A stretch of 64,000 nucleotides of DNA. Origin: an uncultured Acidobacteriota bacterium. Its GTDB lineage: Bacteria > Acidobacteriota > Vicinamibacteria > Fen-336. This document shows positions 29,411 to 37,424 of this stretch, one piece after another (the first letter of the stretch is position 1; the number at the start of each line of letters is the position of its first letter). The translations under genes were made by a program, and so were the position numbers. The stretch covers positions 1,888,001-1,952,000 of the forward strand of contig OY970399.1 of NCBI GenBank assembly GCA_963720545.1, read 5' to 3'. The notes below the pieces were generated by a model. The model did not search any database and was not told the origin of the DNA. It saw nothing but the letters and a program-made list of their open reading frames with translations.

Positions 29411-29677
29411 GTTCGGCACGGCGGCGCGCGCCGGCGTGCGGGGCGCCGCGGGTTGCGCAAAGGTGACGGCTTCAAATGTGGCTGGTGCGACGACCGCGGG
29501 TGCGGCTGCGACCACGGGTCCGGCGACTACCGACGCCGAGCGGCACGCGAGGCAATGCAGCTCGACGACGCAGCCGTCGTCGGTATGGAAGAAGGACTGG
29601 TCGGCAAGGTTCGTCGCGAAGCCCAGGAGCGCCAGCAGGGCGACGGCGGCGAAACGAACCTTGCGCGACCGCGGCAT
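29390..29677 (-). CDS. DUF2946/CruR-like metal-sensing leader peptide, copy A (95 aa)
   Basis: N-terminal hydrophobic segment, HTDDGCVVELHCLACR and C-terminal RGPPAA. Paralog at 32903-33184. Confidence 0.8.
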   Translation of the reverse strand: MPRSRKVRFAAVALLALLGFATNLADQSFFHTDDGCVVELHCLACRSASVVAGPVVAAAPAVVAPATFEAVTFAQPAAPRTPARAAVPNRGPPAA

Positions 29678-29681
29678 CTGC

Positions 29682-30530
29682 CTAGGCCGTCGTGCCGCGC
29701 CGGATGAGCGGACGGACGAGCGCCATGAGGATGAGGATGAGGCCGAAGGTGCAGACCATGGTGGCGCCGGTCGGCAGATCGAGCTGCACCGACAGGTACA
29801 TGCCGAGCGCCGAGACCACGAAGCCCATGGTCCAGCCGATGGCTAGGCGCTTGCCGATGCCGTCGGCGTACAGCATGGCTGCGACCGACGGCACGATGAG
29901 GTAGCAGAACACCAGCAACACGCCGGCGATCGAGACCGAAGACGTCACGACGAAGCCGAAGGACGCGTAGAACAGGAAATCCCAGAAGCGCACCGACCGC
30001 CCGTTGACCTCGTTCGTGTCGCGCCCGTGGTTCATCGAGATGGCGAGGAACTGGCGGCGGAAGATGTAGTGGAAGAGTCCCACGGCGCCGTAGAGGATGG
30101 CGGTCTTTTCCACCTCCGGCCACGAGACCGCGAGGATGTTGCCCACCAGCATGTCCTTCAGGTGCTCGGCTTCGGACGTGGCGTGGCTCATGGCGAGGAT
30201 CGACGCCGCCGAAGCGACCGCGTACGAGATGCCGATGATCGCCTCCTGCGGGATGCGCGCGCGCGTGGCGCGGATGGTCGAGAAGATGGCGGCGCCGATG
30301 AAGGTGAACGCGAGGCTCACCCAGTAGACCTTCGGGCCATGGGGATCGCCGCCCGAGAACGGCATCAGGATGGCGACCGAGGCGCCGAGCGCGGCGATCT
30401 GCGCCAGCGACAGGTCGACGAAGATGACGCCGCGCTCCACCACGTGCACGCCGAGGTACGCGTGGATGCCGGTGAGGATGAGGCTCGCCGCGAACGGCGC
30501 CGCCAGGAACGACAGGATGGTCATGTCCAA
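29682..30530 (-). CDS. Metal (Zn/Mn) ABC transporter permease, ZnuB-like
   Basis: GIHAYLGVHVVERGVIFVDLSLAQIAALG, EAIIGISY and GVLLVFCYLIVP, ABC-3 family pattern. Confidence 0.88.
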   Translation of the reverse strand: MDMTILSFLAAPFAASLILTGIHAYLGVHVVERGVIFVDLSLAQIAALGASVAILMPFSGGDPHGPKVYWVSLAFTFIGAAIFSTIRATRARIPQEAIIGISYAVASAASILAMSHATSEAEHLKDMLVGNILAVSWPEVEKTAILYGAVGLFHYIFRRQFLAISMNHGRDTNEVNGRSVRFWDFLFYASFGFVVTSSVSIAGVLLVFCYLIVPSVAAMLYADGIGKRLAIGWTMGFVVSALGMYLSVQLDLPTGATMVCTFGLILILMALVRPLIRRGTTA

Positions 30531-30534
30531 GGGG

Positions 30535-31443
30535 TTACTTAGCTCCCGCGAAGGCGGCCACGAGCTTGGCCGTGATGGCGTCGAACAGCTTGATGTAGTC
30601 GGTGATCTCCTTCTCGGCGCCGACCGACGGCGGCAGCACCACCACGGCCGCGCCGGTCTCGCGCGCCACCGAGTTCGGTGTCTTGAGGTCGAAGTACGGC
30701 TCCACCACCAGCACCTTGACGTTGTCGCGCTTCATCTGCGCGATCAGGTCGATCGTGTGGCTGGGAGAGGGCGGGATGCCGGGCCGCGGCTCGACGTAGC
30801 CGACCACGTTCAGGCCGAAACGGTCGCAGAGGTTCGGCCACGAGCGGTGATACGTGACGATCTTCGCGCCCTTGAGCGGCGCCATCACGGTGTTCCAGCG
30901 CGTCTCGGCGGCCGCCAGCCGCTTGTCGAAGTCGGCGTAGCGGGCGGCGAAGTAGCCGCTGTCGGCGGGGCTGATCGCCGCGAGCTTCGCCTGGATCGCC
31001 TGCGCCATGTGGCGACCGTTGCCCGGGTCGAGCCAGTAGTGCGGGTTGCCGGCAGGATGCACGTCGCCCATGGCGCGGGTCAGCTGTCCTGTGGGAATCT
31101 CGAGGATGCGCACGTTCAGCGAAGCGTCCAGGTAACCGTTGGCTCCCGGCTGCACCTTGGCATTGCGGCTCTGGTTGATGAGCGGCGGCAGCCAGCCGAT
31201 CTCCATCTCGCGGCCCACCGCCACCAGCAGGTCGGCGGCGTGCAGCTTGAGGATGAAGCTCGGCTTGGCTTCGACGAAATGCGGATCCTGGTAGCCGCGG
31301 GCGAGCGCATCGACTTCCACCTTGTCGCCGCCCACCTCGCGGGTGAGCGCCGCGAGATCTTCGGTGGTGGCGACGACCTTGATCGCTGCCTGGGCGGGAA
31401 GCGCCCCGAGCAACGTTGCGAGTAAAGCTGCGGCGAATCGCAT
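30535..31443 (-). CDS. Metal (Zn/Mn) ABC transporter substrate-binding protein, ZnuA/TroA-like
   Basis: QDPHF, GDVHPAGNPHYWLDP, TYHRSW and EPRPGIPPSPSH motifs, with a signal peptide. Confidence 0.9.
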   Translation of the reverse strand: MRFAAALLATLLGALPAQAAIKVVATTEDLAALTREVGGDKVEVDALARGYQDPHFVEAKPSFILKLHAADLLVAVGREMEIGWLPPLINQSRNAKVQPGANGYLDASLNVRILEIPTGQLTRAMGDVHPAGNPHYWLDPGNGRHMAQAIQAKLAAISPADSGYFAARYADFDKRLAAAETRWNTVMAPLKGAKIVTYHRSWPNLCDRFGLNVVGYVEPRPGIPPSPSHTIDLIAQMKRDNVKVLVVEPYFDLKTPNSVARETGAAVVVLPPSVGAEKEITDYIKLFDAITAKLVAAFAGAK

Positions 31444-31452
31444 TGCGTCTCC

Positions 31453-32790
31453 TTAGAAAGGATGAGCGCCGTGGGCGCCGATCGAAAAGAGGAACTGGAA
31501 GAGGAACTCGTTGGCCGTGTTGCCTTCGGCGTAATTGGTGCGGCGCAGCTGGCCGCGGACCTGGCTGAATTCGCTCGGCCAGTAGGTGAGCAGCAGCGAG
31601 CCGCCCTTGTCCTTGAGGTCGCCGTTGCCCGCGCGGCCGGAATAGTCCCAGCGCGCACCGGCGAACCAGCGGCGAGCGAACTGGTACTCGCCGTAGACGT
31701 AGGTGCCGAAGGCGCGCTCGGTGGAGAGCGGATCGCGCAGGCGGCTCCACACCAGCTCGCTGCGGCCGATGACGCGCTTGTAGATCGCGCGCCGCAGCGG
31801 TCGGTAGCGAAGGGTGACGTCGGCGCCGAACAGTCGCGTGGTGCTGTCGGCGCCGCCCTGGTTGTGGCCGTAGGCGAACGAGCCGCCGAGGTCGAGATTC
31901 GTCGATTCGCTGAGGTCGCGGTAGGCGCGCAGCTTGCCGACATAGGTGAGGTCGCCGCGCGTTGGCGCCGCGAAAACCTCGGAGTTGCCGGAGTAGACCT
32001 CGCCCGTCGCCTCGAGGAACGCGAACTTGTTCGGGAACAGTCGCGACACCGAGATGCCGGCGTCGGAAATGCCTTCCTCGCCGCCCACCAGGTTGCGGGT
32101 CACCAGCGGCCGCTCCGTGAACGGCAGGATGTGGCTGTGCATCTGGTTGACCTTGCCGAATGAGCTGCGCATCTTCCCCACCTTCATCAACAGGCCGCCC
32201 GGCAGCGCGGGAAAGGTGATGTAGCCCTCCTCCACCTCGGCACCCTCCGGCGAAACCGCGACGAAAAAGTCCGCGCGTGCGTAGGGATCGACGATCGCCT
32301 GGAACGAAGCCTCCGCTTCACGCAGCTCCAGCGCCGAGCTGGGCTCTTTGTTGTTGCGTCCGGCGGCGCCCACGAAGTTGCCGATCACCGCGATGTCGGG
32401 GTTGAACACCTTGGACGAGCCCGCGCTCGCCGCGTAGTTCGGGACCGAGCCGCTGTCGCCCGGTGGCAGCGACTCCACCGCCGCGGGCGCGGGTTCGGGC
32501 GCTTGCGGGGCCGCTGCCGTTTCGACGGGCGGCGCTGCCGCCGGAGCTGCCGCCGTTTCGGCCGGGGCCGCCGGAACAGCAGCCGGTTGTGTCGCCTCCA
32601 GCGCCTTGAGGCGCTGTTCGAGCGCCACGAGCCGGTCGGCGTACTCGCTGCGCAGCGTCTCGATGTCCTTGCGCAAGCTGTCGATCGACGGCTGCGATTG
32701 CTGCGGCTGCGCCTGTTCCTGCGCGCGCGCCGGCCCTGGGCCGACGGCTAAAAGTGCTGCCAGAACGATGAGACCCGTGCGTAGACCCAT
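31453..32790 (-). CDS. Outer-membrane beta-barrel protein associated with metal ABC transporter
   Basis: Signal peptide, coiled coil, Ala/Pro linker, FNPDIAVIGNF, QAIVDPYARADF, NQMHSH and C-terminal IGAHGAHPF. Confidence 0.75.
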   Translation of the reverse strand: MGLRTGLIVLAALLAVGPGPARAQEQAQPQQSQPSIDSLRKDIETLRSEYADRLVALEQRLKALEATQPAAVPAAPAETAAAPAAAPPVETAAAPQAPEPAPAAVESLPPGDSGSVPNYAASAGSSKVFNPDIAVIGNFVGAAGRNNKEPSSALELREAEASFQAIVDPYARADFFVAVSPEGAEVEEGYITFPALPGGLLMKVGKMRSSFGKVNQMHSHILPFTERPLVTRNLVGGEEGISDAGISVSRLFPNKFAFLEATGEVYSGNSEVFAAPTRGDLTYVGKLRAYRDLSESTNLDLGGSFAYGHNQGGADSTTRLFGADVTLRYRPLRRAIYKRVIGRSELVWSRLRDPLSTERAFGTYVYGEYQFARRWFAGARWDYSGRAGNGDLKDKGGSLLLTYWPSEFSQVRGQLRRTNYAEGNTANEFLFQFLFSIGAHGAHPF

Positions 32791-32902
32791 GTGCCCTCGT
32801 TGTTGAATCGCCTCGACCCGTGAGACATCACGGAGCGTGCGAGACGGACGAACGACCGAACGAAACAAGACGTGGTGAGCCGCAGACGGCGCGGCTCTTC
32901 GT

Positions 32903-33184
32903 TCAGGCGGAGGCGGGCGGGCCGCGCGAGTCGTGGCGCGGGAAGAACAGGGTGCGCGGCAGGGGTGCCGCGACCGCGTGCAAAGTCTCCGTCGGCAGGA
33001 GCGCGCCGCCGACCGCCGTGGTGACGACGCCGATCGTCGCCGGCACGTGCGCGGTGCGGCAGGCCAGGCAGTGGATCTCGACGCTGCAGCCGTCGTCCGT
33101 ATGGCGGAGGCCGTCCACGAACGTGACCGCGAGGACCAGGAGGGTCCACGCGGCGATCCGTCTCAGCAACGACCTGTTGCCCAT
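32903..33184 (-). CDS. DUF2946/CruR-like metal-sensing leader peptide, copy B (93 aa)
   Basis: MGNRSLLRRIAAWTLLVLAVTF...HTDDGCSVEIHCLACR...RGPPASA, paralog of 29390-29677. First gene after a clear sigma70 promoter. Confidence 0.8.
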   Translation of the reverse strand: MGNRSLLRRIAAWTLLVLAVTFVDGLRHTDDGCSVEIHCLACRTAHVPATIGVVTTAVGGALLPTETLHAVAAPLPRTLFFPRHDSRGPPASA

Positions 33185-33194
33185 GGTCCCTAGC

Positions 33195-33223
33195 AAGGTA
33201 TAGCCCGCCGCCGACGCTGTCAA
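33195..33223 (-). promoter_or_regulatory. Sigma70-type promoter of the metal-uptake operon
   Basis: TTGACA (33223-33218), 17-bp spacer, TACCTT (33200-33195), then 10 nt to the leader ATG. Confidence 0.7.
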
Positions 33224-33239
33224 ACTGCGTGGCCCGGGG

Positions 33240-33902
33240 CTACTTGCGGGCCCGGATCGAGATGCTCGCCGTCGATCCCTCGGGGTTGTAGACGCGGAAC
33301 ACGAAGCGAATGGAGCCGAACTGCACCATGTCGCCGTCCTGCAGCGGCTCCGGCCCCTGGATCTTCTGCGACTTGATGAAGGTGCCGTTCTTGCTGCCGA
33401 GGTCCTCGACCGTGACCTTGTCGTTCGCCACCTGCACGCGGGCATGCTGGCGCGACACGGTCGGCGATTCGATGCGCACCCGGCACTCCTCGGCGCGCCC
33501 CACGGTGTTGTCGCCGTCCTCGAGGTTGAATTCGGCGTCGGCCGAGACGAAGCGGAAGCGCGCCGGCAGCTGCCACTCGACGGGCGGCATCTCCACCTCG
33601 CGCGCGCGCCCGCAGAACGAGTAGCCGACGCCATGCACCGTGCGCAGGAACTCGGGCTTGCGCGCGTCTTCCTTGAGGGCGGTGCGGATCTCGGAGATCA
33701 GGTTCGCGAGGCTGCCCTCGGTGACGAAGGTCTCGGGCCACAGCAAGCGCAGGAGTTCTTCCTTCGAGACGACCTTGGGCCGCTCCTTCAGGAGTATTTC
33801 CAGGAGCTGGAAGGCTTTTGGGGTGAGGTGCACCGATTTCCCGTGCCGGAAGAACTCCCGGGTCTGTGAGTCGAGCAGGAAATCGCCGAACGCTAACCGC
33901 AT
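33240..33902 (-). CDS. Winged-helix transcriptional regulator with FHA domain
   Basis: HLTPKAFQLL...FLRTVHGVGYSF wHTH plus FHA motifs VGR, SRQHAR and DLGSKNGT. Confidence 0.88.
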   Translation of the reverse strand: MRLAFGDFLLDSQTREFFRHGKSVHLTPKAFQLLEILLKERPKVVSKEELLRLLWPETFVTEGSLANLISEIRTALKEDARKPEFLRTVHGVGYSFCGRAREVEMPPVEWQLPARFRFVSADAEFNLEDGDNTVGRAEECRVRIESPTVSRQHARVQVANDKVTVEDLGSKNGTFIKSQKIQGPEPLQDGDMVQFGSIRFVFRVYNPEGSTASISIRARK

Positions 33903-33959
33903 TGTGAAGAGGGGTGAAGCATCCTAGCGCGCCCTCAGGGCCGGGACAATATTCGTCGA

Positions 33960-35399
33960 CTAATTGACCTGTCCCATCAGCCGCTTGATGGCGGGCACCA
34001 GCAGCAGCAGGAGGATGCCGGCGAGGGCGACGGTGAGGCTGACGGCCCCGAAGATGCGCGGCAACGGAAATGTGTCGAAGAAGCCAGCCACTCGTGCGCC
34101 CGCCAGGTTGCCGAGCGAGATCGAGAGGTACCAGACGCCCATCATTTGCCCCACCACCCGGTCGGGAGCGAGCTTGGTTACGGTGCTCATCCCCACCGGG
34201 CTCAGGGCGAGCTCCCCCCAGGCGTGCAGCGTATAGACGACCGCCAACCACCAGGGGCTGACGCGCAGGCCCTCGGGACCGGACATGGTCGCCGCGATCG
34301 AGAGCAGCAGGTAGCTCAGCGACATCACGAACAAGGCGCCGGCGAACTTCACCGGGCTCGACGGCTCGCGGCGTCCGAGCCTGATCCAGGTCCAGGCGAA
34401 GAGCGGCGCGAACAGGACGATCGCGAGCGGCTGCACCACCTGCCACCAGCTCGAGGGAAATTCCCAGCCGAAGGCGACGTTGCGGGTGAGCCGGTCGCCG
34501 AAGAGCGTCAGGCTGGAGCCGGCCTGCTCGAAGCCGCTCCAGAAGATGGTGGCGAACAAGAACAAGGCGAAGATCGCGCCGATGCGCTTCATCTCGTTTC
34601 GGTCGAAGCCCTGGCGCGACACCCACACTGCCGCGAACACCACCAGCAAGCCGAGCAGGATGGCGGTTGCCCAGGCCGGGATGAGCAGCAGGATCGCGAA
34701 CATTGCGGCCAGCACCGCCAGGATTGCGGCCCACAGGCGCGCGGCGTCCTTGCGTTTCTCGCGCAGCTCGCCGGCGCCGCGCAAACGATGGCGGCCGAGC
34801 ACGAACTGTACGAGGCCGACGGTCATGCCGACGCCGGCGGCGCCGAAGCCCCAATGCCAGCCGACCTTCTGCGCCAGCGTGCCGCAAACGATCGGTGCCA
34901 TCAGGGCGCCGAGGTTTATCCCCATATAGAAGATGGAGAAGCCGGCATCGCGTCGCGAGTCGTTCGGCCCATACAGCTGGCCCAGGACCACGGCGACGTT
35001 CGACTTCAGGAGGCCGGTGCCGAGCACGATGAGCGTCAGGCCGAAGAAGAACACCGAGCGGATGTTGAGCGCGAGGCTGTAGTGGCCGAGCGAGATGAGC
35101 ACGGCGCCCCAGAGCACCGCACGCCGCGGACCGAGGAGCTTGTCGGCCACCCAGCCGCCGGGGATCGACATGAAGTAGACGCCGCCGGTGTAGAGGCCGT
35201 AGATGGCCGCGGCCGTCATGGTGTCGAGGCCCATGCCGCCGTGCGACTGCGGCGCCACCAGGTAGAGCAGCAGGAACGCCCGCATGCCGTAGTAGCTGAG
35301 GCGCTCCCACATCTCGGTGAAGAAGAGAGTGGAGAGCCCGCGCGGATGGCCGGCGATTCCGCTCGTGTCCGTGGCGTGCGCGCCGGCCGTCGTGCCCAA
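33960..35399 (-). CDS. POT family proton-dependent oligopeptide transporter (MFS)
   Basis: GHPRGLSTLFFTEMWERLSYYGMRA, RRDAGFSIFYMGINLG and GELALSPVG motifs. TTG start inferred. Confidence 0.92.
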   Translation of the reverse strand: MGTTAGAHATDTSGIAGHPRGLSTLFFTEMWERLSYYGMRAFLLLYLVAPQSHGGMGLDTMTAAAIYGLYTGGVYFMSIPGGWVADKLLGPRRAVLWGAVLISLGHYSLALNIRSVFFFGLTLIVLGTGLLKSNVAVVLGQLYGPNDSRRDAGFSIFYMGINLGALMAPIVCGTLAQKVGWHWGFGAAGVGMTVGLVQFVLGRHRLRGAGELREKRKDAARLWAAILAVLAAMFAILLLIPAWATAILLGLLVVFAAVWVSRQGFDRNEMKRIGAIFALFLFATIFWSGFEQAGSSLTLFGDRLTRNVAFGWEFPSSWWQVVQPLAIVLFAPLFAWTWIRLGRREPSSPVKFAGALFVMSLSYLLLSIAATMSGPEGLRVSPWWLAVVYTLHAWGELALSPVGMSTVTKLAPDRVVGQMMGVWYLSISLGNLAGARVAGFFDTFPLPRIFGAVSLTVALAGILLLLLVPAIKRLMGQVN

Positions 35400-35426
35400 G
35401 GTGCGTAGAATAGCCGAGGTTTCTTC

Positions 35427-36764
35427 ATGGATTATCGAGAACTCGCCGCCGCCCTGCTCGGCGAGGCGAAGAAGCACGGCGCCGACGACGCCGACACCCT
35501 GATTGCCGAAGGCACCGAATTCTCGGTGTCGGTGAGAAAGGGCGAGATCGAGACGCTCAAGGAATCGGGCAGCAAGGCGCTCGGCCTGCGCGTGTTCGTG
35601 GGGCGGCGCACCGCCAACGCCCACACCTCCGACTTCTCGGCGCCGGGGCTGCGCGAGTTCGTCGCGAGTGTCGTCGACATGGCGCGCGCGACCGGCGAGG
35701 ACCCGGCGGCCGGGCTGCCCGACGAAACCGAGCCGGCCGAGGAGCTCGACCTCGGCCTCTACGACGCCGCCACCATGGCGGTGCCCACCGCGGAACGGAT
35801 CGAGCAGGCGCGTTCGGCCGAAGCGGTGGCGCTCGCGGTTCCGGGCATCACCAATTCGCACGGCGGCTCGTACCGCTCCGGCGAGGGATACGCGCTGCTC
35901 GCCAACACCCGCGGTTTCATGGGCTCGTACCGCTCGTCTTCCTGCTCCTTGTCGGTGGTGCCGATCGCGGAGCAGGACGGCGTGATGGAGCGGGACTACT
36001 GGTACACCTACGCGCACGGCCCCGCCGGCACCCTGCCGCCGGAGGAAGTCGGGCGCATCGCCGCCGAGCGCACGCTGCGCCGCCTCGGCGCGCGCAAGGT
36101 GAAGACGGCGCAGGTGCCGATCGTCTTCGACCCCGAGACCGCCGCCGAGATCCTCGGCACGCTGTTCGACGCGCTCTCGGGCTACGCCGTGTTCCGCAAC
36201 GCAACCTTCCTGCGCGACCAGGTCGGCACGCAGGTCGCTTCGCCTCTCTTGACGCTCGTCGACGAGGGCCGGCGGCCCGGCGGCTTCGGCTCGCGGCCGT
36301 GGGACGGCGAAGGCAGCGTCACGCGGCGCAACGTGCCGATCGAGAAAGGCGTGCTGCGCCACTACATGTGCGACTGGTACGCGTCGCGCAAGACGGGCGC
36401 GGCACCGAACGGCTGCGCCCGCCGCGGCGTCGGCGGCGGCCCGGGCGTCGGTTCGTCGAACCTGTATTTCGAGCCGGGCACGAGCTCGCCGCAGCAACTG
36501 ATCGCCGAGGTTGCGGACGGCTTCTACGTCACCGACCTCTTCGGCTTCGGCGTCAACCTGGTTTCCGGGGACTACTCGCAGGGTGCCGCGGGCTTGTGGA
36601 TCGAGAAGGGCGAGCTCGCTTATCCGGTGAACGAAGTGACGATCGCCGGCAACCTCAAGGACATGCTGCGCGGCGTGGACGGCGTCGGCAACGACCTGCT
36701 GTTCCGCGGTGCCAGCGCCTCGCCCACGCTGCGCGTCGCGCGCATGACGGTCAGCGGCGCTTGA
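35427..36764 (+). CDS. pmbA: TldE/PmbA family protein
   Basis: SVRKGEIETL, MERDYWY, SRPWDGEG, GVNLVSGDYSQGAAG and PVNEVTIAGNL motifs. Confidence 0.92.
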   Translation: MDYRELAAALLGEAKKHGADDADTLIAEGTEFSVSVRKGEIETLKESGSKALGLRVFVGRRTANAHTSDFSAPGLREFVASVVDMARATGEDPAAGLPDETEPAEELDLGLYDAATMAVPTAERIEQARSAEAVALAVPGITNSHGGSYRSGEGYALLANTRGFMGSYRSSSCSLSVVPIAEQDGVMERDYWYTYAHGPAGTLPPEEVGRIAAERTLRRLGARKVKTAQVPIVFDPETAAEILGTLFDALSGYAVFRNATFLRDQVGTQVASPLLTLVDEGRRPGGFGSRPWDGEGSVTRRNVPIEKGVLRHYMCDWYASRKTGAAPNGCARRGVGGGPGVGSSNLYFEPGTSSPQQLIAEVADGFYVTDLFGFGVNLVSGDYSQGAAGLWIEKGELAYPVNEVTIAGNLKDMLRGVDGVGNDLLFRGASASPTLRVARMTVSGA

Positions 36765-37414
36765 GCGCGCGCGGCATCGCCTGGACCGCGGCCGCAACCG
36801 TCGTTCTTTACTACGCTGCCGAGCTCGCCAGCGCGCCGCTTGCGGCGCTGGCCGTGTTGAAGGCGCTGCCTGCCGCACTCCTTGCCCGGTCGGCGTGGCG
36901 CGGCGGCCGCGACCGCTACGCGGCGTTCGTGGCGCTCGGCCTTGCGGTCTCGGCGATTGCCGATGCCGCCATCGAGTGGCACTTCCTCGCCGGACTGGTA
37001 CTGTTCCTGGCCGCGCACCTTGCTTACATAGCGGCGTTCGTATCGGACGTGCCGCGGCCGATGTGGGCGCGCGGCGCGCCGCTCCTCGCCATCTACGTTG
37101 CGTTCGCCGGCTTCGCCGGTCGGCACCTCGGCGAGATGCGAGCGCCGGTGCTCGCCTATGCGTTCGTCATCTTGACGATGACCTGGCGCGCCGTGGCGCG
37201 GGTGGGCGCGTCGGTGCGCGGCCGCGCCAGCGAGCGCGCCGCCGCGTGGGGCGCCGCGGTTTTCGCCTGCTCCGACATGCTCCTTGCCGCCAACCGCTTC
37301 CTGCTGGAGGCGCCGGCGGCGGCGTTCCTGGTGCTGCCCCTCTACTGGCTCGGACAGTTCGGCATCGCCATGTCCGCGTGGCAATGGCGAAGCCGCAGCG
37401 TGCCGGCTGAGTAG
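36761..37414 (+). CDS. YhhN-family lysoplasmalogenase-like membrane protein
   Basis: LKALP, SAIAD, FLAGLVLFLAAHLAYI, FACSD..LA.NRF and YWLGQ motifs. The TTG start overlaps the pmbA stop. Confidence 0.8.
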   Translation: MSARGIAWTAAATVVLYYAAELASAPLAALAVLKALPAALLARSAWRGGRDRYAAFVALGLAVSAIADAAIEWHFLAGLVLFLAAHLAYIAAFVSDVPRPMWARGAPLLAIYVAFAGFAGRHLGEMRAPVLAYAFVILTMTWRAVARVGASVRGRASERAAAWGAAVFACSDMLLAANRFLLEAPAAAFLVLPLYWLGQFGIAMSAWQWRSRSVPAE

Positions 37415-37424
37415 ACTTCGCTCG

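Noticed and set aside
33185..33634. Long N-terminal extension of leader B (243-aa ORF)
   Set aside because: It overlaps the FHA gene in another frame. A canonical promoter sits just before ATG 33184, and the 93-aa form matches the paralog's length.
35427..36764. pmbA as a marker of a RiPP cluster
   Set aside because: No tldD, precursor peptide or modifying enzymes are adjacent.
35400..36878. Apparent 490-aa N-terminal extension of the POT transporter
   Set aside because: It is the antisense of pmbA. POT homology begins near GHPRG, and a -10/TTG start fits at 35399.
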